Assembly (NCBI GenBank): GCA_041492755.1
Contig: JBGPXN010000027.1
Location: 1-37,680, forward strand
DNA from: Candidatus Methylomirabilia bacterium
GTDB taxonomy: Bacteria > Methylomirabilota > Methylomirabilia > Rokubacteriales > CSP1-6
Reading direction: 5' to 3'
DNA length: 37,680 bases
Shown here one piece after another: positions 16,718 to 26,464 of this stretch (positions are counted from its first letter, which is position 1; every line of letters starts with the position of its first letter). The translations under genes and the position numbers were made by a program. The notes beneath the pieces were generated by a model. The model searched no databases. It saw nothing but the letters and a program-made list of their open reading frames with translations, and was not told where the DNA came from.

Positions 16718-18193
16718 CTAGAAGCGCTGGGCCAGGCCTTTCTCTTCGATCGGATGCGGCCGGTAGGCGACCGGGCCCGCCTCTCCACACGACTTGCGCG
16801 TCGGGAACACCTTGCCCGGATTGCAGCGGCCGGTGGGATTGAACGCGTCCTTCAAGCGCTGCATGAACGCGAGGTCGGCGGCCGAGAAGATGAGCGGCAT
16901 GAAGTCCATCTTCTCGAGTCCGATGCCGTGCTCGCCCGAGATCGAGCCGCCGACTTCGGCGCAGAGCTTCATGATCTCGGCGCCCGCCGCGACCACCCTC
17001 GACTCTTCTCCCGGCTTGCGCGGATCGTAGAGGATGTTCGGGTGCAGGTTGCCGTCGCCGGCGTGGAACACGTTGCCCACGCGCAGGCCGTGCGCGGCGA
17101 CGATCTGGTTCACCCGGCGCAACACGTACGGCAGCTTCGTGCGCGGGATCACGCCGTCCATCACCATGTAGGCGGGCGACACGCGCCCGTAGGCGCCGAA
17201 CGCCGACTTGCGGCCTTTCCACAGGAGCTGGCGCTCCGCCTCGTCGCGCGCCGTGCGGACTTCCCGGGCGCCACTGTCCCGGCACGCCTCCACGATCCGT
17301 TCCGCCTGCGCGTCCATGCCGACGGCCAGCCCGTCGAGCTCGACGAGCAGCGCGGCGGCGGCATCGCGCGGGTAGCCGCAATCGAACGCGTCCTCGACGG
17401 CCTGAATGGTGAGCTGGTCGATCATCTCGACGGCGGCGGGCACCAGGCCGCGCGCGATGATGGCGGAGACGGCCGCCGAGGCGGCGTCCACGTCGTCGAA
17501 GACGCCGAGCACGGTCTTGACCGCCTGCGGCTTGTGGAGGATGCGGGTAACGATCTTGGTGGCGATCCCGAACGTGCCCTCCGAGCCCACGAAGACCCCG
17601 GCGAGGTCGTAGCCCAGCGACTCGCGGGTGCGGCCGCCCAGCCACACGATCTCGCCGTCGGGCATCACGACCTCGAGCCCGAGGACGTGGTTGACCGTCA
17701 CGCCGTACTTCAGGGTGTGCGGGCCCCCGGAGTTGTTCGCGATGTTCCCGCCGATCGTGCAGGCCTGCTGGCTCGACGGATCGGGCGCGTAGTAGTAGCC
17801 GCGCGGGCCGACCGCCCACGAGAGATGCAGGTTCACCAGCCCCGGCTCGACGACGGCGATCTGGTTCTCGTAGTCGATCTCGAGGACGCGGTTCATGCGC
17901 ATGAGCGAGATGACGATGCCGCCCTCGGCCGGCAGGCAGCCACCCGAGAGCCCGGTGCCGGCGCCGCGCGCCACGAACGGCAACCCTTCGCGATTGGCGA
18001 GCTTGACGACGGCGGCGACGTGCTCCACCGAGGTCGGGAACACGACGAAGTCGGCGAGCGCGCGGAAGAGGGTGAGGCCGTCCGATTCGTACACGAGCAG
18101 CTCGTCCGGATCGGACAGCACGGCGCCGCGGCCGAGGATGCCCTCGAGCTCCCGGCGAAGGCTGGCTTTTCTCGCGTCGGCGAGGGGGACCAT
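16718..18193 (-). CDS. glcD: Glycolate oxidase subunit D (FAD-linked oxidase)
   Basis: Motifs RGAGTGLSGG, YAPDPSSQ.ACTIGGN, GSEGTFG, FHAGDGNLHP, SGEHGIG.EK. ATG 18193 has TATAAT 10 nt upstream. Confidence 0.9.
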   Translation of the reverse strand: MVPLADARKASLRRELEGILGRGAVLSDPDELLVYESDGLTLFRALADFVVFPTSVEHVAAVVKLANREGLPFVARGAGTGLSGGCLPAEGGIVISLMRMNRVLEIDYENQIAVVEPGLVNLHLSWAVGPRGYYYAPDPSSQQACTIGGNIANNSGGPHTLKYGVTVNHVLGLEVVMPDGEIVWLGGRTRESLGYDLAGVFVGSEGTFGIATKIVTRILHKPQAVKTVLGVFDDVDAASAAVSAIIARGLVPAAVEMIDQLTIQAVEDAFDCGYPRDAAAALLVELDGLAVGMDAQAERIVEACRDSGAREVRTARDEAERQLLWKGRKSAFGAYGRVSPAYMVMDGVIPRTKLPYVLRRVNQIVAAHGLRVGNVFHAGDGNLHPNILYDPRKPGEESRVVAAGAEIMKLCAEVGGSISGEHGIGLEKMDFMPLIFSAADLAFMQRLKDAFNPTGRCNPGKVFPTRKSCGEAGPVAYRPHPIEEKGLAQRF

Positions 18194-18203
18194 GGTGCGA
18201 CGA

Positions 18204-18209
18204 ATTATA
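18204..18209 (-). promoter_or_regulatory. Consensus -10 box TATAAT for the glcDEF-moaB operon
   Basis: Perfect TATAAT 10 nt upstream of the glcD ATG in otherwise very GC-rich DNA. Confidence 0.55.
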
Positions 18210-18255
18210 CCGCGGGCGCCGGCGTCCCGGTCGGGCCGTCTGTCTCCGTGATGAA

Positions 18256-19581
18256 TCACTTCAGAACCGGCAACGTGATCCGGAAGCTCGCGCCGCCCTC
18301 CACGCGGTTCTCCGCGGTGAGCTCGCCGCCCAGCTCGCGCACGATGCCGGCCGACACGGCCAGGCCGAGCCCGGTGCCCGCGGTCTTGGTCGTGAAGAAC
18401 GGCTCGAACAGACGCGGCAAGATCTCGGTGGCAATGCCGGGGCCCGTGTCGCGGACCTCGACGACGGCGCGTTCGTTCTCGGGCCAGCCGACGATCTCGA
18501 TGGCGCGCCGGGTGGACGCGGCGCGCAGCGCGTCCTGCGCGTTCACGACCAGGTTCAACAGCACTTGCTGCACCTGGAACGGCGTGCCCAGCACCAGGGG
18601 AAAGGGTTCGGGGAAGTCGAGGTGGACCGAGATGCCCTCCTTGCGCAGGTCGTGGCGCTTCAGCTCGACGATGCGCTGCGCGACGCTGGCGATGGACACC
18701 GGCCGCTGTTGCGCCGAGGACTGCCGCACCGTCTCCAGCGCGTTCCGTACCACGCGCATGGCCGCGTCCGTGCTCGTCTCGATGTGATCGAGGTGGGCCA
18801 GGATATCCGGCTGTCCGGACGCCTTCAGCCGCGCGAGGCCCACGTGACCGAGCGCGACGCTCAGCACGTTGCCGATCTCGTGGGTGACGCCGGCCACGAC
18901 CTCACCGAGCACTCGCAGCTGCGCCGCGCGCTGGATCTCAACGTTGAGCCGCTGGGCGGCGGCGTTGGCCCGCTCCAGCTCCTCGTTGGCCTGAGCCAGC
19001 CGCAATCGGCTCCGCCGGTACGCCTCCGCGAGCACCGCGGTGAGACCACCGACGACGTTGAGGATGAGCAGGTTGAATGCGGCCACCGGCCAGCCGCCGG
19101 GCAGAGGCGGCGTGGGCCCGCCATGCGGTGGGAGCGCCGCCGCCATCAGCAGATAGACGGCGGTGGCCGCCCACGTGACGACCAGGCAGGCCGTGCTCGA
19201 GAACACCAGTCCGACGTACACGGGCACGACCGCGTAGATGGCCACGAACGCCGCGGCGGCCAGGCCGCCCGCGCTCCAGAGGCCCACGGTGATGAACGCC
19301 ACGTCGAGCAGCATGCGCCCGTAGGCCTGGGCCCGCCGCCACCAGCCCCTTCGGGCGGCGAAATAGTACGGCACGTTGACGACGAGCCCGACGATCGCGA
19401 CCCAGCGGATGATCCAATTGACGGAGGCGGAGAGGGTGACGGTGAAGACCTCATTGAAGACCAGGACGAGGAGCGCGACGGACGCGCGGACGGCCATCTC
19501 CTGGCGGAGGCGCAATCGGCGACGCCGGCCGCGCCCGTCGGTCACCTGAGCCGGCGGCGTCACGCGAGCAGGCGGCGTCAC
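18256..19581 (-). CDS. Membrane sensor histidine kinase
   Basis: About 6 TM segments. H-box GVTHEIGN, N-box QVLLNLVVNA, DTGPGI, FEPFFTTK, GTGLGL. Confidence 0.9.
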   Translation of the reverse strand: MTPPARVTPPAQVTDGRGRRRRLRLRQEMAVRASVALLVLVFNEVFTVTLSASVNWIIRWVAIVGLVVNVPYYFAARRGWWRRAQAYGRMLLDVAFITVGLWSAGGLAAAAFVAIYAVVPVYVGLVFSSTACLVVTWAATAVYLLMAAALPPHGGPTPPLPGGWPVAAFNLLILNVVGGLTAVLAEAYRRSRLRLAQANEELERANAAAQRLNVEIQRAAQLRVLGEVVAGVTHEIGNVLSVALGHVGLARLKASGQPDILAHLDHIETSTDAAMRVVRNALETVRQSSAQQRPVSIASVAQRIVELKRHDLRKEGISVHLDFPEPFPLVLGTPFQVQQVLLNLVVNAQDALRAASTRRAIEIVGWPENERAVVEVRDTGPGIATEILPRLFEPFFTTKTAGTGLGLAVSAGIVRELGGELTAENRVEGGASFRITLPVLK

Positions 19582-19594
19582 GCGAGCAGGCGGC
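19541..19594. repeat. 18-bp tandem repeat x3 at the aceE/kinase junction
   Basis: gtcacctgagccggcggc, gtcacgcgagcaggcggc, gtcacgcgagcaggcggc at 19541, 19559 and 19577. Confidence 0.8.
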
Positions 19595-21875
19595 GAGCGG
19601 CTCGCGCGATAGCCGTCGCGTCGATGCCGTAGTGCGCGTAGAGATCGCGCCGGGTGCCCGACTGACCGAAGTCGTCGACCCCGAGCGGAAGCTGAACCAC
19701 ACCGAGCGCGGCGCCGAGGAAGGCGAGCGCGTGGGAATGGCCGTCGACGACGGACACGATCGGCACGTCCTCCTCGTCGGCGCCGACGAGCTCTTCCAGG
19801 TACGGACGGCGATCGCGCAGCCCGCGATAGAGAAGATCGGGGCTCGTCACCACGAACACGCTGGCGCGGATCCCGGCCATGGCCAGCTCGCGCGCCGCGG
19901 TCACGGCCTCGGGCACCATCACACCCGTCGCGAACAGGTGCACGGCATTCGTCTCCGGGTCATAGTCCGGCGCGTCGCGGGCGTCGACGAGCCGATAGCC
20001 GCCCGCGAGCACGCGCGCGCGGTGCGCGGCGTCCGCCGGCGGCGCCAGGGTTTGATCGATGGGCGTGGTGGACAATCGCAGGTAGAGGCTCTCGCCGCGT
20101 CCGGCCAGCACGTCGGCGATGCCATCGAGCAGGATCCACTCGACTTCCCGCGCGAACGCCGGCTCGAAGTAGGTGATGCCGGGCAGCGTGATCCCGATCC
20201 CCGGGGTAATCACCGACTGGTGCGCCCCACCCTCGGGCGCCAGGCTCACGCCGGAGGGCGTCGCCACCACGATGAACCGGCCGCCCGCGTAGAGCGCGTG
20301 ATAGAGGGCGTCGAGCCCGCGCGTGACGAACGGGTCGTAGAGCGTGCCGATCGGCACGAGGGGAGCACCCGCGTGCGCACGGGTCAATCCGAGCGCGCCG
20401 AGCAGCAGGAACAGGTCGTGCTCCGCGATCCCGAGCTCGACGTGCTGACCGCTGGGGCTTTCCTTCCACTGCACCGGCGCCGGCTGCTCGCCCGGGAACG
20501 CCGCCTTCGCGATGGGGAAGTACACGCCCCGGCGATTGATCCAGCCCGCCAGGTGCGTGGTCACTGCGACGTCGGCGGACACGGTGACGATCGCGTCGCC
20601 GACGGGCTGGCGGGCTAGCGCGCCCAGCACGCGACCGAACGCTTCCTGCGTGGACGCCTGGTCGGGATAGGTCTCGCCGAGCTCGCCCGGCACCGAGACC
20701 GCCGGGCTCGGCGGCGACGGAGGCGTCCACAACGGCGGCAGGTCGGCGATCAAGCGCGCCTCGGGGCTGTCGGCGGCGAATCCCGACCACTCCTCACCGG
20801 GCGCGATGCCGAGCCGCTCGCGCAACTCTTCCACCTGCGCGGCCGTCAGCAGGGCCGTGTGGTTCAGCGCGTCGGCGGCGAGCGGCAGCCCCCAGCCCTT
20901 GATCGTGTGGGCCAGGATCACGCACGGCCCGCCGCGGTGGGCCTCCGCCTCGGCGAGCGCGTCGAGAATCGCCGGGAGATCATGGCCACCGACGTCGGCG
21001 AGCAGGCTCGCGATCTCGTCGTCGCCCAGCGGTGCGAGCAGCCGGTCGAGCGCCGCGTCGGTGTCACCGCCCCCCGAGGCGACGAGCGCCTTGCGCACGC
21101 GGGAGGGCGGACAGCGCAGCAGATACTGGTACTCGGCCGACGGCATGGCGTCGAGCCGGCTGTGCAGGCGCTCGCCGCCCGGCCGGCGGAAGAACACCTG
21201 CAGGCGCCCACCGTATCGCAGCTCGATCACGCGCCAGCCAAACGCCTCGAACAGCCGGCGAAGCTGGGCGCCGCGCGCGTCGGGCACGACCCGATCGAGG
21301 CTCTGCCGGTTGACGTCGACGATCCACAGCACGTTATCCAGCCGCGCGACGGGCTCTTCGCCGAGGGCCTCCCACACGTTGCCCTCGTCCAGCTCGGCAT
21401 CACCCACCATGACGACGTAGCGCGCGGGCGGGGTGGCGGTCGGGAACGCCGCGGGATGATCGAGCAGGTAGCGGCCCGCGAACGCGCCGAACGTGGCGGC
21501 CACGGCGCCCAGCCCCATCGAGCCCGTGGTGAGGTCCACGACCTCGGGGTTCTTGCGCCGGCTCGGGTACGCCTGAAGCCCGCCGAACTCGCGCAGGCGC
21601 TGGAGCGCCGACGCCGGGAGACGACCGCGCAGGTACTGGATGGCGTAGAACGCCGGCGCCGCGTGCGCCTTGACCGCGACCACGTCGCGCGGGCGGAGCG
21701 CGGCGAAGTAGAGGGCGGTGAGCAGGCTCACCACCGACGCCGAGGAGGCCTGGTGGCCGCCGACCTTGGTGGCGTCGGCGGCGGGCCGAAGATTGTTGGC
21801 GTGGTGGACCATGTAGGTCGCGAGCCACAGCACCTTCCGCTGGATGCGCTCGAGCGTCGCGACCGTCGGTGTCAC
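19578..21875 (-). CDS. AceE-like ThDP-dependent 2-oxoacid (pyruvate) dehydrogenase E1 / transketolase-like protein
   Basis: Motifs KVGGHQASSAS, TGSMGLG, GDAELDEG...VDVNRQSLD (ThDP motif), ELGIAE, EGGAHQS, LGVDDFGQSG. Confidence 0.85.
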   Translation of the reverse strand: MTPTVATLERIQRKVLWLATYMVHHANNLRPAADATKVGGHQASSASVVSLLTALYFAALRPRDVVAVKAHAAPAFYAIQYLRGRLPASALQRLREFGGLQAYPSRRKNPEVVDLTTGSMGLGAVAATFGAFAGRYLLDHPAAFPTATPPARYVVMVGDAELDEGNVWEALGEEPVARLDNVLWIVDVNRQSLDRVVPDARGAQLRRLFEAFGWRVIELRYGGRLQVFFRRPGGERLHSRLDAMPSAEYQYLLRCPPSRVRKALVASGGGDTDAALDRLLAPLGDDEIASLLADVGGHDLPAILDALAEAEAHRGGPCVILAHTIKGWGLPLAADALNHTALLTAAQVEELRERLGIAPGEEWSGFAADSPEARLIADLPPLWTPPSPPSPAVSVPGELGETYPDQASTQEAFGRVLGALARQPVGDAIVTVSADVAVTTHLAGWINRRGVYFPIAKAAFPGEQPAPVQWKESPSGQHVELGIAEHDLFLLLGALGLTRAHAGAPLVPIGTLYDPFVTRGLDALYHALYAGGRFIVVATPSGVSLAPEGGAHQSVITPGIGITLPGITYFEPAFAREVEWILLDGIADVLAGRGESLYLRLSTTPIDQTLAPPADAAHRARVLAGGYRLVDARDAPDYDPETNAVHLFATGVMVPEAVTAARELAMAGIRASVFVVTSPDLLYRGLRDRRPYLEELVGADEEDVPIVSVVDGHSHALAFLGAALGVVQLPLGVDDFGQSGTRRDLYAHYGIDATAIARAARRLLA

Positions 21876-21946
21876 GGGAAGTCAGTGTAGCCCTTGACTC
21901 GTCCGGGCTTCTGCCGAATAGTACCGGGGACATCGGAGACCTCTGG

Positions 21947-22873
21947 TTGTTCCAGTACGCGATCTCCCGCGTCCTCTGGCTGATCCCGACCCTCCTCGCG
22001 ATGGCCCTCGTGACCTTTCTCGTGATGCACGCGACGCCGGGCAGTCCGCTGGACCCGGTGGCGGAGGGCGCCAATCCGTTGTCGCCCGAGGCGCAAAAGA
22101 ATCTGGCCGCGCACTACGGGCTCGACAAGCCGCTGTATCAGCAGTTCGCGATCTTCGTCAGCCGAGCCGTGCAGGGCGACTTCGGGAACTCGTTCGTCTA
22201 CAAGACGCGGACGGTGCGCGAGATCCTGGTGGAGGCGTTTCCCGTCTCGCTGTTCCTGGGCACCGCCGCGCTGGCCATCGCGATCGCGGGTGGGATCAGC
22301 CTCGGGATCCTGGCCGCGGTCTACCAGAACCGCCTGTGGGACTACGTCTCGGTGAGCCTGGCCACCGTCGGCGTGGCCCTGCCGAACTTCGTGCTCGGCA
22401 TCTTCCTGATCATCCTGTTCTCGTTCGTCGTGCCGCTCTTCCCGACGGGCGGCTGGGATTCGCCGCGCACCTGGGTGCTGCCCGCGGTGACGCTGGCGCT
22501 GGGGCCGATGGGGATCATCGCCCGCTTCACGCGCGCGAGCATGCTGGAGGTGATCCGGGCGGACTACACGCTGACCGCCCGCGCCAAGGGACTGGGCGAG
22601 CGACCGGTCATCTTCAAGCACGCGCTCAAGAACGCGTTCATCCCGGTGGTGACGCTGCTGGGGCCGATGTTCGCCGCCGTCGGCACCGGGTCGTTCTTCG
22701 TGGAGTCGATCTTTCGCGTGCCCGGCATGGGCCGCTTCTTCGTGCTCTCCATGACCGGGCGAGACTACCCGATGATCATGGCCGTGGTGCTCACCTACGG
22801 CGCGTTCCTCTGCGTCATGAACCTCGTGGTCGATCTTCTGTACGGCGCCCTCGACCCGAGGATCCGGTACTAG
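21947..22873 (+). CDS. Peptide ABC transporter permease (OppB/DppB family)
   Basis: Motifs GLDKPLYQQ, ADY..TARAKGL (EAA loop), VESIF.VPGMG, DLLY..LDPRIRY. TTG start at 21947 after GGAG. Confidence 0.9.
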   Translation: MFQYAISRVLWLIPTLLAMALVTFLVMHATPGSPLDPVAEGANPLSPEAQKNLAAHYGLDKPLYQQFAIFVSRAVQGDFGNSFVYKTRTVREILVEAFPVSLFLGTAALAIAIAGGISLGILAAVYQNRLWDYVSVSLATVGVALPNFVLGIFLIILFSFVVPLFPTGGWDSPRTWVLPAVTLALGPMGIIARFTRASMLEVIRADYTLTARAKGLGERPVIFKHALKNAFIPVVTLLGPMFAAVGTGSFFVESIFRVPGMGRFFVLSMTGRDYPMIMAVVLTYGAFLCVMNLVVDLLYGALDPRIRY

Positions 22874-22874
22874 G

Positions 22875-23777
22875 ATGCCCGTCGCGGAGCGGACGGTCGA
22901 GGTGGCGCCGACACTCGCGACCGAGGCCCGACCGAAGGGCACCAGCCTCGGGCGCGACGCGTTCCGCCGGCTGCGCCGGAATCGGCTCGCGATGCTGGGG
23001 CTGGTCGTGGTGGCCGGGATGTGCCTGCTCGCGATCTTCGCCGACTTCATCGCGCCGTTCTCGTACACCAAGACCAACTTCGACCGGCTCAACGAGGCGC
23101 CCTCGCGCGACTATCCACTGGGCACCGATCAGCTCGGCCGCGACATGCTGTCGCGGCTGATCTACGGCGCGCGGGTCTCCATGCTGATCGGGCTCGGCGC
23201 CCAGGTCATCGTGGTCCTCATCGGCGTGCCGATCGGGGCGCTGTCCGGGTTCATCGGCGGGCGGGTCGATCTGTTCCTCACCCGCTTCGTCGACGTGATG
23301 TATGCGTTCCCGCGGCTGTTGTTCGTTATCCTCGTGATGTCGATGCTGGGCGCCGGGCTCGCCAACATCTTCATCGCGATCGGCCTCACGGGCTGGGTCG
23401 GCATCGCGCGCCAGACGCGAGCCCAGGTGCTCGCGCTCAAGGAAAAGGAGTTCGTTGACGGCGCCCGCGCGCTCGGCGCCGGCTTCGGCCGCGTGCTCGT
23501 GCGCCACGTCCTGCCCAACGCGCTGACCCCTATCGTGATCTCGGTGACGTTCGGGATCCCGGAAGCGATCTTCACGGAGGCGGCGCTGTCCTTCATCGGC
23601 GTCGGCATCAATCCGCCGACACCTTCCTGGGGCCAGATGGTGGGCGAGGGCCAGCAATACCTGCGCTCGTACTGGCACCTGTGCGTGTTCCCGTCGATCG
23701 CCATCGCGGTGACGATGCTCTCGTTCACGTTCCTCGGTGACGGCGTCCGGGACGCCCTGGACCCGAAGCTGAAATAG
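22875..23777 (+). CDS. Peptide ABC transporter permease (OppC/DppC family)
   Basis: Motifs LGTDQLGRD.LSRLIYGARVS, EFVDGARALGA, HVLPN, EAALSFIG.G, GDGVRDALDP. Confidence 0.92.
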   Translation: MPVAERTVEVAPTLATEARPKGTSLGRDAFRRLRRNRLAMLGLVVVAGMCLLAIFADFIAPFSYTKTNFDRLNEAPSRDYPLGTDQLGRDMLSRLIYGARVSMLIGLGAQVIVVLIGVPIGALSGFIGGRVDLFLTRFVDVMYAFPRLLFVILVMSMLGAGLANIFIAIGLTGWVGIARQTRAQVLALKEKEFVDGARALGAGFGRVLVRHVLPNALTPIVISVTFGIPEAIFTEAALSFIGVGINPPTPSWGQMVGEGQQYLRSYWHLCVFPSIAIAVTMLSFTFLGDGVRDALDPKLK

Positions 23778-23814
23778 GCCGACCGACAAGCTCACATAGG
23801 CAAGGAGGCTCCCC

Positions 23815-25551
23815 ATGCGCACGCCCCGGATTCCGGACGCCCAGCTCGAGCTGCTCGCCGAACGCCTCACCGCCATCGGCGTGGGCCGGCGCGACTTCCT
23901 CAAGGTGGCGGCCGGGCTGGCCGCCATGGGGAGCGCCGGCTTCAACGCCCGGCCGGTGAGCGCGGCCCCGAAGCTCGAGCCCGGCGAGAAGCTGGCGCGC
24001 GAGCAGCACTTCCGCTACGGCGGCGGCAGCTACTTCCAGCAGGACCCAGCGAGCCAGGACTTCAACAAGGACCTCTACTGCGGGGGCGTGCCCGCGCTCT
24101 TCGCGGGCCTGACCAAGTTCACCGCCGACTTCCAGGCCGTGCCGTACGTCGCCGAGAAGGCCAACTCCAACAAGGACGGCTCGGTGTGGACGTTCCAGAT
24201 CCGGAAAGACTCGAAGTGGTCGGACGGCGGCCCCTGCACCGCCCGCGACTTCGAGTACTCCTGGAAGCGCCAGCTCGATCCCGCCACCGCCGCCCCCTAC
24301 GCCTCGTTCCTCTACGACATCAAGAACGGCGAGGCCTTCAACAAGAAGCAGGTGACGGATGCGAGCCAGGTCGGCGTGCGCGCCAAGGACGACTGGACGC
24401 TCGAAGTCACCCTCGAAGGTCCGCGCGGCTACTTCCCGGTCCTGGCCGCCTACCTCGCCGCGCTGCCGGGTCACCGCGGCGCCATCGAGAAGTTCGGCGA
24501 CAAGTGGACGGAGGCGGCCAACATCGTCTGCAACGGCCCGTTCGTGCTCGAGACCTGGGAGCACAACAGGGTGATGGTGCTCCGCAAGAACAAGCACTTC
24601 TTCGGGGCCAAGGACGTGACGCTCGACAAGGCGACCATCCCGATCATCCCGGTGGCCTCGGGCGCGCTGCCCTACGAGAATAACGAGCTCGACCTGACCC
24701 TGCTCCAGCCGGGCGATCTGCGCCGCCTGCGCGACAGCCCCGCCACCCAGAAGCAGGTGTTCCACTATCCATTCCCGGGTACCTGGTACCTGGTGCCCCA
24801 GGTGACGAAGCCGCCGTTCGACAACGTCAAGGTGCGGCGCGCCGTCGCCCAGGCCGTCGACCGCGAGAGCGTGGTGAAGGTGGCGCAAGGCCTCGCCATC
24901 CCCGCCCACTCCATGATCCCGCCCGGCTTTCCGGGCGCACTCGACGACCCAAAGATCCGCGCCATCCAGAAGTACGATCCCAAGGCCGCGATCGCCCACC
25001 TCAAGGGCACCCCGTTCGAGGGCGGGCGCAACTGGCCGAAGATCACGCTCTCGATGCGCGACGAGGCCCTCGGCTCCAAGCCGCTGGCGGAGGCCGTGCA
25101 GGCGGTGCTCCTCGAGAGCCTGAACATGAAGACCGATCTCGAGGTGGTGGAGCCGCGCGTGTTCTACCAGCGACTCTGGAAGCACGACCTCCAGTTCGTG
25201 TGGATCCGCTGGTTCATGGACTATCCCGATCCGCACAACGAGTACTTCGACACCTTCTACGGCAAGAAAACGACGGGCAAGCGCCAGGCCTGGGTGAACG
25301 AGGCGTTCGACAAGGAATTGGAGTCCGGGCGCGACACGCGCGATCCGAAGAGGCGGCCTCAGCATTACGCCAGGGCCGAGGAGATCATGCAGACCGACGT
25401 CGGGTACGTGCCGGTCGCCTGGGTCGTGCGTTACGCGGCGTTGAAGCCGAACGTGCGGGGGCTCGAGAAGAATCGCGCGGGCGAGTTTCTCGTCGACGGC
25501 AACATCTACGTCGACATGCTGCCGCACATCTATATCGTCGACAAAGCGTAG
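23815..25551 (+). CDS. Peptide ABC transporter substrate-binding protein (family 5), Tat-exported
   Basis: RRDFLK twin-arginine motif, KWSDG..TARDFEYSWKR, NGPF.L, W.MDYPDP. Strong SD aaggagg. Confidence 0.9.
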   Translation: MRTPRIPDAQLELLAERLTAIGVGRRDFLKVAAGLAAMGSAGFNARPVSAAPKLEPGEKLAREQHFRYGGGSYFQQDPASQDFNKDLYCGGVPALFAGLTKFTADFQAVPYVAEKANSNKDGSVWTFQIRKDSKWSDGGPCTARDFEYSWKRQLDPATAAPYASFLYDIKNGEAFNKKQVTDASQVGVRAKDDWTLEVTLEGPRGYFPVLAAYLAALPGHRGAIEKFGDKWTEAANIVCNGPFVLETWEHNRVMVLRKNKHFFGAKDVTLDKATIPIIPVASGALPYENNELDLTLLQPGDLRRLRDSPATQKQVFHYPFPGTWYLVPQVTKPPFDNVKVRRAVAQAVDRESVVKVAQGLAIPAHSMIPPGFPGALDDPKIRAIQKYDPKAAIAHLKGTPFEGGRNWPKITLSMRDEALGSKPLAEAVQAVLLESLNMKTDLEVVEPRVFYQRLWKHDLQFVWIRWFMDYPDPHNEYFDTFYGKKTTGKRQAWVNEAFDKELESGRDTRDPKRRPQHYARAEEIMQTDVGYVPVAWVVRYAALKPNVRGLEKNRAGEFLVDGNIYVDMLPHIYIVDKA

Positions 25552-25572
25552 GCGCGGGCGGCCGCGCGCGGG

Positions 25573-26400
25573 CTAGAAGTCTGCGTCCTTCTTGCCGGCG
25601 ATGGGGACGAACAGGGGCTGGCCGTACTTGTCGATGCCGAAGGTCTTGATGACGGCCTGCGTCTCCGGCGCGAGCATGAAGTCGGCGAACGCCTTGCCGC
25701 CCGCCGTGTTCACCCGGGGGCCGTTGGCCGGGTTGACCTCCATCACGGAATAGATGTTGAGCAGGGGCCGGTCCCCCTCGACGAGGATCTTGAGGCTGAC
25801 GCGCTTCTGGAAGGCCAGGTAGGTCGCGCGGTCGGTGATGGTGTAGGCGGTGCGGTCCTCGGCGATCCCGAGCGTGGCGCCCATGCCCTGCCCCGACTCG
25901 ATGTACCAGGGCGCTTTGGGCTCGACCCCCGCCTGCTTCCAGAGCCCGAGCTCGAGCGTGTGGGTGCCGGACTTGTCGCCACGCGACACGAAGCGCGCGC
26001 CGGCGGCCGCGATCTTCTTCATCGCGTCGACCGCCTTCTTCTCGCCGCGGATCTTCGCCGGGTCCTCCGTGGGCCCGACGATGGCGAAGTCGTTGTACAT
26101 GACGAGCCGCCGGGCGCGCATCTTGCCTTCGGCCACGTACTTCTGCTCGAGAGACGGCGCGTGGGCGAGGGCCACGTCGGCCTCGCCCCGGGCGGCCAGC
26201 GCCAGGGCCTGCCCGGTGCCGACCGAGATCGTCTTGACGCTGTAGCCGGTCTTGCCCTCGAACATCGGCACGAGCACGTCGAGGAGCCCGGAGTCCTGGG
26301 TTGACGTGGTCGTGGACAGGATGACCGTGCGCGACGCCGGAGCCTGGGCTTCGGCGGAGGCGGCCAGAGCGAGCAGCAACAGACCGACGACCCTCAGCAT
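25573..26400 (-). CDS. tupA: Tungstate ABC transporter substrate-binding protein
   Basis: TupA signature TTTSTQDSGLLD, plus VGTGQAL, HAP, MYNDF.IVGP..DPA, FVSRGDKSGTH, GQGMG. Confidence 0.85.
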   Translation of the reverse strand: MLRVVGLLLLALAASAEAQAPASRTVILSTTTSTQDSGLLDVLVPMFEGKTGYSVKTISVGTGQALALAARGEADVALAHAPSLEQKYVAEGKMRARRLVMYNDFAIVGPTEDPAKIRGEKKAVDAMKKIAAAGARFVSRGDKSGTHTLELGLWKQAGVEPKAPWYIESGQGMGATLGIAEDRTAYTITDRATYLAFQKRVSLKILVEGDRPLLNIYSVMEVNPANGPRVNTAGGKAFADFMLAPETQAVIKTFGIDKYGQPLFVPIAGKKDADF

Positions 26401-26422
26401 GGGGAGCCTCCCGTGCAGGGGT

Positions 26423-26452
26423 CTTATATATGCTCAGGCCGGCATATTCAAG
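26423..26452. promoter_or_regulatory. AT-rich inverted repeat upstream of tupA (candidate operator)
   Basis: cttatatatgc-N8-gcatattcaag, with 9 of 11 positions symmetric. Confidence 0.4.
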
Positions 26453-26464
26453 CCGGCACTGGTT

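Noticed and set aside
13389..17819. Apparent long fusion ORFs (630 aa ending in MoaB; 813 aa ending in GlcE)
   Set aside because: The N-terminal extensions overlap glcF and glcD in other frames. The real starts are GTG 13916 and GTG 16703.
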